Below are positions 24,035 through 35,383 of a stretch of 43,574 bases of DNA, piece after piece. Within the stretch, counting starts at the first letter, position 1, and each line of letters opens with the position of its first letter. The notes beneath the pieces were generated by a model, which saw only the letters and a program-made list of their open reading frames with translations, had not been told where the DNA came from and did not search any database. A program made the translations under genes and the position numbers. The DNA is from Octopus sinensis (Eukaryota). The stretch lies in contig NW_021835076.1 in NCBI RefSeq assembly GCF_006345805.1, positions 1 through 43,574 of the forward strand. Direction: 5' to 3'.

Positions 24035-25946
24035 TTGACAAACTCACAAAGTTTTGTTGTGTGGATTTTACGTAAATCGTCAAGATTATGCTCGAGTTGC
24101 AAGGAACAACAACAACAGATTCAACTGCAAGAGCAACAACAAAAGCAACAACAACAACTAATTTTGCAACAACAAATGCTGCAATTAATGAAGTCGTCAG
24201 GAAAGTCAGAAAAAGTGTTCTCGCCAGACTGTGTCGCGATGTCAATAACTGAATTCAAATACAAACTTGACGGAGTTACCTTCGAAGTATACAACTGGAG
24301 ATATGAGCAAATCTTCGAGAAAGAATGTAAAGATTGGGGCGACGAAATGATAAGGCACTTAATTTTGAGAAAACTGGCGGCTGCAGGACACGGACGATAC
24401 AGTAATTATGTACTTCCAAGAAAACCTTCGGACATAAATTTTAATGACACAATACATATATTGTGTAAAATTTTCAGTGAAAAAAGCTCATTGTTCAATA
24501 TACATTGAAAGTGCCTGAACATAGAGAAAAACAACGACGAAGACTTTGTTACACATGCTGGTAGATTAAACAGGGAATGCGAGAATTTTAAGCTGGATAA
24601 ATTAACTCCAGATATGTTCAAATGCCTGATTTTTACACAGGGACTGACTGCCGAAAAGGACGCAAAAGTCAGTACTAGAATTCTTGCAAAGCTGGAGCAA
24701 AACCAGGATGTACCTCTGCAAAAAAGTGTCTGAAGAATGTGAAAGGAAACTTTCGTGTTTAATGTGAAATGATACTGTGTCGTATGCAAGACAGGACACA
24801 AGAAATTGAACGTGAAGATTGTTTTCAAGTAAAACCAGTGCGGAATAGTCTAAATAGAGATAAAGTGTCTTCTAAAAAAGACGACAAACATCAGAATAAA
24901 AATTCATGATTTTCACGCGGTGGTATGCACTTAAGGAAAAATTGTCTATTTAAAAAAGCGAAGTGTTTTCGTTGTGGTAATATAGGACATATTTCGTCTG
25001 TCTTTACGTTCAGAGTTCAATTTCCGCCGAGGTCGACTTTGCCTTTCATCCTTTCGGGGTCGATAAATTAAGTACCAGTAACGCACTGGGGTCGATATAA
25101 TCGACTTAATCCGCTTGTCCCCTCTGTGTTTAGCCCCTTGTGGGTAGTAAAGAAATAGGTAATATAGGACATATCATTTTGTCTGTCTTTACGTTCAGAG
25201 TTCAATTTCCGCCGAGGTCGACTTTGCCTTTCATCCTTTCGGGGTCGATAAATTAGTACCAGTTACGCATTGGGGTCGATATAATCGACTTAATCCGCTT
25301 GTCCCCTCTGTGTTTAGCCCCTTGTGGGTAGTAAAGAAATAGGTAATATAGGACATATCATTTTGTCTGTCTTTACGTTCAGAGTTCAATTTCCGCCGAG
25401 GTCGACTTTGCCTTTCATCCTTTCGGGGTCGATTAAATAAGTACCAGTTACGCATTGGGGTCGATATAATCGACTTAATCCGCTTGTCCCCTCTGTGTTT
25501 AGCCCCTTGTGGGTAGTAAAGAAATAGGTAATATAGGACATTATTTCGTCTGTCTTTACGTTCAGAGTTCAATTTCCGCCGAGGTCGACTTTGCCTTTCA
25601 TCCTTTCGGGGTCGATAAATTTAGTACCAGTTACGCACTGGGTCGATGTAATCGACTTAATCTGTTTCTCCTTGTTTGTTCTCTCTGTGTTTAGCCCCTT
25701 GTGGGTAGTAAAGAAATAGGTAATATAGGACTTATTTATTTCGTCTGTCTTTACGTTCAGAGTTCAAATTCCGCCGAGGTCGATTTTTCCTTTCATCCTT
25801 TCGGGGTCGATAAATTTAGTACCAGTTGCGTACTGGGGTCAATATAATCGATTGCCCCCCCCACCTCCTCCCCCAAAATTTCAGGCCTTGTGCCTAGAAT
25901 AGAAAAGAATGTAGGACACATTAAGACACACTGTTGAAAGAACGAC
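24035..25946 (+). pseudogene. Gypsy/Ty3 (Mag / K02A2.6-like) gag pseudogene with CCHC knuckle, interrupted by a SINE-B array
   Basis: TFEVYNWRYEQIF..W.DEM..LILRKL..RYSNYVLPRKPSDINFNDTIHILCKIFSEKSSLFN, stop at 24506-24508, then CLNIEK..DFVTHAGRLNRECENFKL..DMFKCLIFTQGL. Knuckle CFRCGNIGHI/(insert)/KTHC. Confidence 0.9.
24994..25907 (+). repeat. Tandem array of five 5'-truncated SINE-B units (182-192 bp) separated by gag-derived spacers
   Basis: GGTAATATAGGAC recurs at 24976, 25158, 25342, 25527 and 25719. Outer TSD-like pair AATATAGGACATATT (24979-24993) and AATGTAGGACACATT (25908-25922). Confidence 0.95.
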
Positions 25947-26199
25947 AAACTAAGAGTTTGTACAGATATTTCAACAAAGGTGAACGGGTTGTTAGTCTCA
26001 TATGCTCACATTTGTTAAAAAATTAACACACACCATGGCTGATAGTAGATTTAAGCGCCAGTGGGAATTACTGCTGAAAAAAAAACTCAAAATAGGGAGG
26101 TGGGGGTTAACAGTATTTGGGGGAAGAATTGTCACAGAGCAGCATGGATTCCTCATTTGTCTTATAATACAAATGCATATTTGTATTCATACATAAGAT

Positions 26200-26405
26200 T
26201 GTCGTTTCGATTCCTGAACCAGGCAACGCGTTGTGTACTTGAGCAAAACACTTCATTTCACGTTGCTCCAGTCCACTCAGCTGGCAAAAATGAGTAACGC
26301 CGCGATGGACTGGCGTCCCGTCCAGCTGGGGAGCACATACGCCATAAAAAAACCGTGAAACAGGGCCCGCGAGCCTATCTAGGCTTTAAAAGGGTGCATT
26401 TATAT
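26200..26405 (+). mobile_element. SINE-C, 5'-truncated
   Basis: Homologous to 14581-14828. Confidence 0.85.
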
Positions 26406-26525
26406 TTTATTTATTATTCATACATACAGAATTGCATACACACACGCACATACACGCACACACACGCATACACACACACACACACACCACACACACACAC
26501 ACACACACACGAGGGTAAAGATGTG

Positions 26526-26855
26526 TGTACCTTTGGTCATGAATGACCATGAGATGCATCTAGAAAGTTCCCCTTTGAGGCACAAGTCTGGGCAAGGTTG
26601 TTTTCGAAAAACCAGCTGTCGCCCATGCATACCAGATTCTCCTTCCCAGACCACCGATGTTATCCAAGGGAAAGGCAAAGGTCAATACAGTTTGGCACCA
26701 GTGACGTCGCAACCCATTTTTACAGCTGAGTGGACTGGAGCAACGTTAAATAAAGTGTCTTGTTTAAGAACGCAATACACAGCCCGGTCCGAGAATCGAA
26801 CTCACTACCATATGATTGTGAGCCCGATACTCTAACCACTGAGCCATGCACCTTC
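26526..26855 (-). mobile_element. SINE-C variant with alternative 3' tail
   Basis: Head GAAGGTGCATGGCTCAGTGGTTAGAG..GAGTTCGATTC and core ACGTTGCTCCAGTCCACTCAGCTG. The tail is shared with 35695-35882. Confidence 0.85.
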
Positions 26856-26866
26856 ACATACATACA

Positions 26867-26900
<34 letters not shown>

Positions 26901-27170
26901 CGTACATACATACAGTTTGAGAGATAGTAAGAGAGGGAAAGAGAGCGGGGGAGAAAGACAGAAATTGATAAAGTAACCTCGTGAAGATGGAAGGCTGGAG
27001 GAAAGAGTGATAGAGGTGTGGTACGTAAAGATGGGTGTGTGTGAGAGAAGGAAGGAGAGAGAGAGGGGGAGAGAGAGAGAGAGAGAAACTTGATGTTTGT
27101 CTTTCAGTATGTGCCTTTTACAAATACATGTGCATGTTTGTGTGTGTGTGTGTGTGTTCGTGTCTGTGTG

Positions 27171-27204
<34 letters not shown>

Positions 27205-27464
27205 GTGTATATATCTATGTAGTAGAATGTAAGAATTTCTGTGTGCATGGAGGGGTGTGCATTGAAGAAGTAACAGAAAGAAAAAAAAAGGGGGGGGTAT
27301 CCGCTATTCCCCACCCTCTATAACACGTGACCCCATTTCTAATCCATCAGTCCCAAACCATCTTACATACCTCCCCCACATCTACTTGTCTAGCTACCTA
27401 TTTACGTACCCCCTTCAGTAAGTAATCTGTATATCCCCCTGTCCCACCTATATGTGCCTGTATG

Positions 27465-27975
27465 TCTCTCTCTCCCTCTCTCTTTCTCTCTCTCTGTCAG
27501 TTTTTCTCTGTCTGTTTCTCTCTCTCCCACCTCTCTCCCTCTCTCTTTCTCTGTCTGTTTCTCTCTCTCCCACCTCTCTCCCTCTCTCTTTCTCTCTCTC
27601 TGTCAGTTTTTCTCTGTCTGTTTCTCTCTCTCCCACCTCTCTCCCTCTCTCTTTCTCTGTCTGTTTTTCTCTCTCTCTCCCACCTCTCTCCCTCTCTCTT
27701 TCTCTGTCTGTTTTTCTCTCTCTCCCACCTCTCTCCCTCTCTCTTTCTCTGTCTGTTTTTCTCTCTCTCTCTCCTCTCTCCCACCTCTCTCTCCCTCTCT
27801 CTTCTCTGTCTGTTTTTCTCTCTCTCCCACCTCTCTCCCTCTCTCTTTCTCTGTCTGTTTTTCTCTCTCTCCCACCTCTCTCCCTCTCTCTTTCTCTGTC
27901 TGTTTTTCTCTCTCTCTCCCACCTCTCTCCCTCTCTGTCTGTTTTTCTCTCTCTCTCTCTCTCCACCTCTCTCCC
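27465..27975. repeat. Polypyrimidine/polypurine minisatellite, about 41-45-bp unit (CTCTCTTTCTCTGTCTGTTTTTCTCTCTCTCCCACCTCTCTCC), roughly 11-12 copies
   Basis: Directly visible; explains the six long ORFs called here. Confidence 0.95.
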
Positions 27976-28351
27976 TCAGTTCTTCCTACTACAACCGCCT
28001 CTATCACTACAACATTAACTTCAACACTACCATATCGCTTCCAACACCACCACCACCACAACCGCTCGGCCGACGCCACCCTTCCATTACCATCGCTATA
28101 ACTATTAACGTGTCCCTATTCCGTGATTTCTCACAGTGGCAAAGATTTAGCCAACGAAGCACACGCACAAACACGATATGCTCACACATACACACACAAA
28201 AGCACAATACACGCACATACACGCACTTACACGTGCACACACAAACACAAAATGCACACACACTCACGTATAATGTTTTCAGTGTGTCCCATAAACGAGG
28301 TAGTATTTTAACGTCTTTTAAACTTAAAAACTTTCAGAAAAGTTCAGAATA

Positions 28352-28761
28352 GGCGCAGGAGTGGCTGTGTGGTAAGTAGCTTGCTAACCAACCACATGGT
28401 TCCGGGTTCAGTCCCACTGCGTGGCATCTTGGGCAAGTGTCTTCTGCTATAGCCCCGGGCCGACCAATGTCTTGTGAGTGGATTTGGTAGACGGAAACTG
28501 AAAGAAGCCTGTCGTATATATGTATATATATATAAGTGTGTGTGTATATGTTTGTGTGTCTGTGTTTGTCCTCCTAGCATTGCTTGACAATCGATGCTGG
28601 TGTGCTTACGTCCCCGTCACTTAGCGGTTCGGCAAAAGAGACCAATAGAATAAGTACTGGGCTTACAAAGAATAAGTCCCGGGGTCGATTTGCTCGACTA
28701 AAGGCGGTGCTCCAGCATGGTCGCAGTCAAATGACTGAAACAAGTAAAAGAGTAAAAGAGT
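28352..28761 (+). mobile_element. SINE-A, full length
   Basis: GGCGCAGGAGTGGCTGTGTGGTAAG..AAGTAAAAGAGTAAAAGAGT. Confidence 0.95.
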
Positions 28762-28776
28762 AATATAAGGGAATAC

Positions 28777-29214
28777 GGATCTTTTCGGTTTGAACGGCAG
28801 TTTTTTAAAATAATTTCCACGTAACTAAACACTTATAAACTTCGTATACTGGTAGGATGTGTTTATAAAATATCTTTTTCTCTTCGCTTTATTGAGAAAA
28901 TTCTATAGTTTGTAAGATATTTGTTGTTTTTTTCTTCAATGTCTGCAATTTCAACCAATCAATGAGGTCTATTGAGGTAAACAACATTCTGTGCCATATG
29001 AATATGTCCCTCGTTTATGAAACAGATTGGGTTTATTTACATTTGTGAAGAAAAAAGATACCCTTCCCCCACCCCTAACCCTAACCCTAACCCTAACTAA
29101 CCCTAACCCTAAAACAGATTGAAATGCAATAGATCGATACTAGGGTCATAATTATGGGTGACAATTTCATATGACACCGCTAGAAAAAAACTGCCGTTGA
29201 AACCGAAAATATCC
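28777..29214 (-). mobile_element. TTAGGG-bearing MITE, copy 2 (TSD GGGAATAC)
   Basis: Reverse-orientation homologue of 20916-21350. TSD at 28769-28776 and 29215-29222; (CCCTAA)n at about 29073-29111. Confidence 0.92.
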
Positions 29215-29299
29215 GGGAATACACCAATTCCTCAAAGAATTCGATACAAGTTAAAGAACAAGTAGAGCTATTTTATTTGATTTGATTTCAAATTCTGCA

Positions 29300-30183
29300 C
29301 GAATTTATTCAGTTTTCACGCCTATCCTCATCTATAGTAATGGATGTTGGGTAATGACCAAAAGTGTCCAATTACGAATATAAGCGGCTGAAATGGGGTT
29401 TCTACGAGAGATCTCAGATCTTTTCGGTTTGAACGGCAGTTTTTTCTAGCGGTGTCATATGAAATTGTCACCCATAATTATGACCCTACTATTGATCTAT
29501 TGCATTTCAATCTGTTTTAGGCTTAGGGTTAGTTAGGGTTAGGGTTAAGGTTAGAGTTAGGGGTGGGAGAAGGGTATCTTTTTTTCTTCACAAATGTAAA
29601 TAAACCCAATCTGTTTCTTAAACGAGGGACATATTCATACGGCACACCTCAATGGACGTCAGTGATTGGTTGAAATTGCAGAAATTGAAGAAAAAAAAAC
29701 AACATCTTACAAACTATAGAATATTCTCAATAAAGCCAAGAGAAAAAGATACTTTATAAACACATTCTACCAGTATACGAAGTTTAACATTTTTTAGTTA
29801 CCAATAAATTATGTTAAAAACTGCCGTTCAAACCGAAAAGATCCGAGATCTCGAGAGTAATGTTATTCGACAGAGTGCGTAGCTCGGAGTTCAAGTCTCG
29901 CCGCTACTTCTCTGCACTGAGGAGGTATCACGGACATGTAAGTAGAATGCCGTAGGAAAGAATTGCAAAACAGATTCTTCAAGCCGAGGGAAGTGGCGGG
30001 AGACCTTGGGGTAGACCAAGAATGAGATGGTTGGATAATAACTAAAGTTTCAGTTAATCACGCTTGGAAATCCAACCAAAAAATGTAATCGTGATTGCTT
30101 CTGATTGGACTCTATGAAAGGTACCACAGGATTCTTCTTCCAAGAGCCTCTCAAGACTAATGGAAGAAAAGATGGTGGGATGC
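29300..30183 (+). mobile_element. RTE-like LINE 3' fragment interrupted by MITE copy 3
   Basis: SVFTPILIYSNGCWVMT..AAEMGFLREIS | VMLFDRVRSSE..YHGHVSRMP*ERIAKQIL..GRPWGRPRMRWLDN. Confidence 0.8.
29416..29844 (+). mobile_element. TTAGGG-bearing MITE, copy 3 (TSD GAGATCTC)
   Basis: TIRs as in copy 1; TSD at 29408-29415 and 29845-29852. Confidence 0.92.
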
Positions 30184-30259
30184 AGTTACTGCGTTTGGTG
30201 GAAGGGGCAGTGCCCGCGGCCTTTGCAAGTTCTCTGAAAAGGCTGCAAAGGTTGATATT

Positions 30260-30500
30260 GTGAACTTTTCGCTTAAACTGCTACGTGTCGACACCTGTAA
30301 GAAAGACACGAATAAGTAAGAGATTCCAGAGGGATGGAGTTTTAGGAAAGAAGGACTGGATGTAGGAGTTAGTGCCAGTCCAGAGCGGGGTGGAAAGGAA
30401 ACGAAATGAGTGACAAGAGGAGTGGGGGGTTGAGTTCAGCGCTAGAAAAAGGCAAAGAGAAAAGGGAGCACATTTATAGATCAAAAGCTGGAATGTGTGG
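30260..30500 (-). mobile_element. CR1/Zenon-like LINE ORF2 C-terminus
   Basis: TNSYIQSFFPKTPSLWNLL..QFKRKV matches the ..SFFPRT..LWN.LP..FK.. end of CR1-group RTs. Confidence 0.65.
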
Positions 30501-30521
30501 CCCTCTGGAAGTGGTCTAGGA

Positions 30522-31219
30522 CAGTGATTCTCAACCATTTTTTCCTCTATGAACCCCTTTGAATACTAGTTTATTCTAGTGGATCCTGCTCCATAGCCAT
30601 TCCATGTTTAAAAGCTGGCTTCATAGATACTTCTTTCAAAATTACTATTTTGTTTTTCGCACATTCTCTGAGAGAACACGTTTCAGTGACCAGAAACTAT
30701 ATTAAACTATGGAAAGCATTAGAGAAAAGAACCTAGTTATTTCTTGCAGTAAATACATCCAAATCAATTTTTTTTTCATGGACACTTAATTCCGCCGAGG
30801 TCGACTTTGCCTTTCATCCTTTCGGGGACGATAAATTAAGTACCAGTTTCGCACTGGGGTCGATTTAATCGACTTAATCCGTTTGTCTGTCCTTGTTTTT
30901 CCCCTCTATGTTTAGCCCCTTGTGGGCAATAAAGAAACAGATACTTATTTTATCAACTCTGAACGATAAAAGTCAAAGTCGTGTACGGCTGGATTTGAAC
31001 CCAGGACGTAAAGAGCTGCAAGAAATGCCGCTAAGTAGTTTGCCCGCTGTGGGAATACTTCTAACAGCTCACTGCCTTAGTCACGAGAACAATAACAAGA
31101 GTAACAACAATAACAGCAACGATACCATGGATTACAATTTACAATTTTCCATGCGCGGACCCCCAAAAATTCTTATATGGATCCCCAAGGGTTATATAGA
31201 TTCTGGTTGAGAACTACCG
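30522..31219. mobile_element. hAT (Charlie-like) MITE containing a SINE-B plus flank insertion
   Basis: TIRs CAGTGATTCTCAACC (30522-30536) and GGTTGAGAACTACCG (31205-31219). Degenerate 8-bp TSD GTCTAGGA / ATCTATGA (NTCTAGAN-like). Confidence 0.7.
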
Positions 31220-31774
31220 ATCTATGACGTCCCTGTGTGTGCAGCATCAGCTCTAACACTGGTGTGAACATTACACCATTATTGGCTCAGTTGAATTGGT
31301 ACAGTGTCGGCAATGTTAGCAGAAGTGAGAATGAAGTATTTTCTAGTCCTGAAGAGAAGGACCAGATTTTGGAACACAATGCAAATTATGTTAAGGACGT
31401 GCTTTCTTTGGGGGAAGACCTGAGTGACAATGATACATAATATTTGCTTGATTATAAGGGCTCTAGTTTGTATGCTACTCATGTTTGTCGAGTGTTAGGT
31501 GCAATGATGTATAATTGATACGCAAAGTGCAAGTGAGTAGATTTTTGGAAGAAATAACATTAGTACGTAGGTATATCCATTAAAGAAGATGACTTCCAAA
31601 CCATTATTCAAAGATTTATTCAATAATCCTGACAGAAATAGCCACGCATAATCATATTTGAGCCCTGCCTCTGCAATAGAATCAAATGTTTCAAGTTGTT
31701 AACTTCTTACTTGCCGGGAGCACAAAACTGTTCTGTGCTCCTGAAGAGAGTTCCAGCAGGAACTTGAAGCTCTC

Positions 31775-31985
31775 TCTCTCTATCCGCTCAGTCGAAGTCG
31801 ACTCGTGGTCACTCGTTGGATCAGTGTCCTCCAGTCAGTTCTATCCTGGGCCGCTTCTTTCAGATAGGCTATGTCCATTCCGGTATCACTCTTGATGGTG
31901 TCAAGCCAGCGGGTTCTTGGTCAGCCTCTTCCTCTCTTGCCACTGACCATTCCGAGCATGATGTCCTTCTCCAGAGATTTTCTCT
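31775..31985 (-). mobile_element. RTE-BovB-like LINE 3' end
   Basis: SLEKDIMLGMVSGKRGRG*PRTRWLDTIKSDTGM..LKEAAQDRTDWR..VTTSRLRLSG* parallels the BovB C-terminus. Confidence 0.85.
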
Positions 31986-32093
31986 TGAAGCACTTAATTT
32001 AATTGTTGAGCCATAATTATGTTTTACACAAATAAAGATAATTGAAGTTTTATTTACTGATTACTACATTGAAGAATGATCTTTTCATATCTA

Positions 32094-32182
<89 letters not shown>

Positions 32183-32459
32183 ATTGATCGTTTTTTTCTT
32201 CTTCCCCTTTTTTCCCCTTTTTTCTTCTTTTTTCATTTCTCTTTTCTTTTGTTCCTTTTCCTTTTCTTTTTTTTTCTTTTTCTTTTATTTTTTATTTTTT
32301 TGTTCTTTTCTTCCCTTTTACGATCCCTCTTGATCGAAAACCTACGCCACCCCCTTTTTTTGTTTCTTTTGTTTTTTGTTTTTTTCATCCCCCAAAAGAA
32401 AAGCTCTACATTGTAACTTGTCGCATCTGTGTGCAGCCCTGTGTGGCCAATAAAGAAAC

Positions 32460-32549
<90 letters not shown>

Positions 32550-33517
32550 ATTTATCTGTTTGTTTCCGTGTGCCTGCCTGTCCATGTGTGTGTGCGTGTG
32601 TGTGTGTGTGTGTGTACTATGCATTTTCTTTAAAGCAGAAACGAATTGTACTCTGTATGCACGCGCACGCACGCACGCGCGCACCCACACACAGACACAC
32701 ACGTCATTTCGCTATCAGACAATTAATTACTCAGTCATTTTGGTTATGATGAAAGTGGTAGCGATGATGGTGGTGGGAGGTGGTGCATGCGCGTGTGTAT
32801 GTTTATTTGTGTGCGTGTGTGTGTGTTTGTATGTGTGTGTGGCGCGTATTTGTTAAGGAAACAGATGAAGCTTTTACTGGATTAGAAAGGAAAATAAGCG
32901 GAGGTATGACGCTTATTAATGGTGTGTGGTGGCCGATTTTTGAGAGATTTTTCAGAGCAAATTGTTTGTTAGTCTTCGGTTTTTGTTGATCTTAATGTTT
33001 TAATGCTATCAAAGGGAAGGATGTTGTTGTAACCCTAAGCCCTTTTCACCCATCACCCATCACCCATTGTCGTCTCTGTTATAGGATTTCAAAAAGTTAT
33101 CCCAGATCTTATAAGATAGCAAACAACAAGAAACAACAAGTACAACAGCAAACACAAGAGTACCACTATGCTGTCGAGTCTACGTCAGAGACCCCCTATC
33201 CTGGTCATCCGACCCGCTAGAAATAACAGCAAAACTCTCCTTTAGATTAAACCCTAACATATGTAAATACAGAGAAAAGACTCTTTAGCTAATTTAGTGC
33301 TAGATATACTATGTCAAAAATAAAAGCAAAGCATTCGACAGGAATGTTTTTGATTATAGATGTGTTCGTTTCTGGTTGATATGGACTCAAACAACAACTA
33401 GATTAATATCTATAGCTGCAATAACAACAATTATGATCCCGCACTTTGTATCCATCAGCATCGTAAGAACAATCGCCACCAGTATTGCTATCACAATGTT
33501 TATAACGGTCACCATAT

Positions 33518-33934
33518 TTTTTTCTTTACTACCCACAAGGGGCTAAACATAGAGGGGACAAACAAGGACAGACAAAGGGATTAAGTCGATTACATCGACC
33601 CCAGTGCGAAACTGGTATTTTATTTAATGATCCCGAAAGGATGAAAGGCAAATTCAACCTCGGCGCAATTTGAACTCAGAACGTAATGGCAGACGAAATA
33701 CCTATTTCTTTACTACCCATAAGGGGCTAAACACAGAGAGGACAAACAAGGACAGACAAACGGATTAAGTCGATTACGTCGACCCCAGTGTGTAACTGGT
33801 ACTTAATTTATCAACCTCGAAAGGATGAAAGGCGAAATCGACCTCGGCGGAATTTGAACTCAGAACGTAGCGGCAGACGAAATACGGCTACGCTTTTCGC
33901 CCGGCGTGCAAACGTTTCTGCCAGCTCGCCGCCC
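33518..33934 (-). mobile_element. SINE-B dimer with 18-bp TSD
   Basis: TSD TTATAACGGTCACCATAT at 33500-33517 and 33937-33954; internal junction AAAGAAATA|GGTATTTCGTC at about 33702. Confidence 0.92.
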
Positions 33935-34094
33935 TATTATAACGGTCACCATATATAAAAACAATCATGATTCTACAACATCTACAAGTTAACGAGGAAG
34001 TCTCTATATGATCACTCAGACTAGTAGGAATAGCAGTTAGACCTACCGGAGGATTACATTGACCCCAGTGCTCGAGTGATACTTATTTTATCAA

Positions 34095-34510
34095 GGCGGC
34101 GAGCTGGCAGAAACGTTAGCACACCGGGCGAAATGCTTAGCGGTATTTCGTCTGCCGCTACGTTCTCAGTTCAAATTCCACCGAGGTCGACTTTGCCTTT
34201 CATCCTTTCGGGGTCGATAAATTAAGTACCAGTTTCGCACTGGGGTCGATGTAATCGACTTAATCCGTTTGTCTGTCCTTGTTTCCCCCTCTATGTTTAG
34301 CCCCTTGTGGGTAATAAAGAAATAGGTATTGCGTCTGTCGTTGCGTTCTGAGTTCAAATTCCGCCGAGGTCGACTTTGCCCTTCATCCTTTCGGGGTCGA
34401 TAAATTACGTACTAGTTTCGCACTGGGGTCGATGTAATCGACTTAATCCGTTTGTCTGTCCTTGTTTGTCCCCTCTATATTTAGCCCCTTGTGGGCAATA
34501 AAGAAACAGA
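34095..34510 (+). mobile_element. SINE-B dimer
   Basis: Head at 34095; junction AAAGAAATA|GGTATTGCGTC at 34324/34325. Confidence 0.92.
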
Positions 34511-35383
34511 TACTTATTTTATCAACTCTGAACGATAAAAGTCAAAGTCGTGTACGGCTGGATTTGAACTCAGGACGTAAAGAGCTGCAAGAAATGCCGC
34601 TAAGTAGTTTGCCCGCTGTGGGAATACTTCTAACAGCCCACTGCCTTAGTCACTAGAACAATAACAAGAGTAACAACGATAACAGCAACGATAGCAATAG
34701 AAGCAACAACAGCAATAAAAATAATAGAAACAACGTCAAAAGCAGTAACGGCCTAGGGTTTCACATTTCAGTGTTGGTCTATTTTTAAAACTGTAGGGCA
34801 ATGATACTGAAATGGTGATTCACAAGAAGCATTTAGATTTAGGGGTCAGTGATTTTTAAAAATATAAAAATATAATTTACGTCTTTAAAACACTCCATGC
34901 TTAATATTTGAACATCTTGAAAACACGTTTATAAATTTGTTACAATATACAAATGTGATTAAAAAAATTAATAAATTAACAAATTAAAATTTATAATAAT
35001 AATATTAATTAACAAAGATAAGCTATAATTGTCTATATACTTTTTCTTTTTAACTAAAATATAGTTCTTTCTCTTTCTTTTTCTAACTTTTCATATACGA
35101 AGTGTCGCAAAAATGTCAAAAAAGTTGAGAACTACTACAGGAATATTTTGACAAGTTTTGCCGATGGTAATTATAGTACCTCGCGGCATCACTAACTACA
35201 GACAGATCACGCCCATGGACCACCTACACAAGGAAACCAATATACTAAGAATAAATAAAGGATTATTCGGACATGCGAGGCGTGCAGTTTGTTATTGTAG
35301 TAATATTCAAACCAAGCCCTTTCCTTTGCAAGCTCAATTATGCACAATGAGACAACAACACCCACAAAACTACCAAGCTCAGC

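Noticed and set aside
24976-25922. CRISPR-like repeat-spacer appearance
   Set aside because: The constant short part is a gag target-site copy and the long part is a SINE body; eukaryotic context and no cas genes.
27452-28352. Long ORFs of 141-296 aa in six frames
   Set aside because: Produced by the CT-rich minisatellite; no domain content.
34745-35140. Second hAT MITE (right end AAGTTGAGAACTACT)
   Set aside because: One TIR-like end only; no convincing left TIR or TSD.
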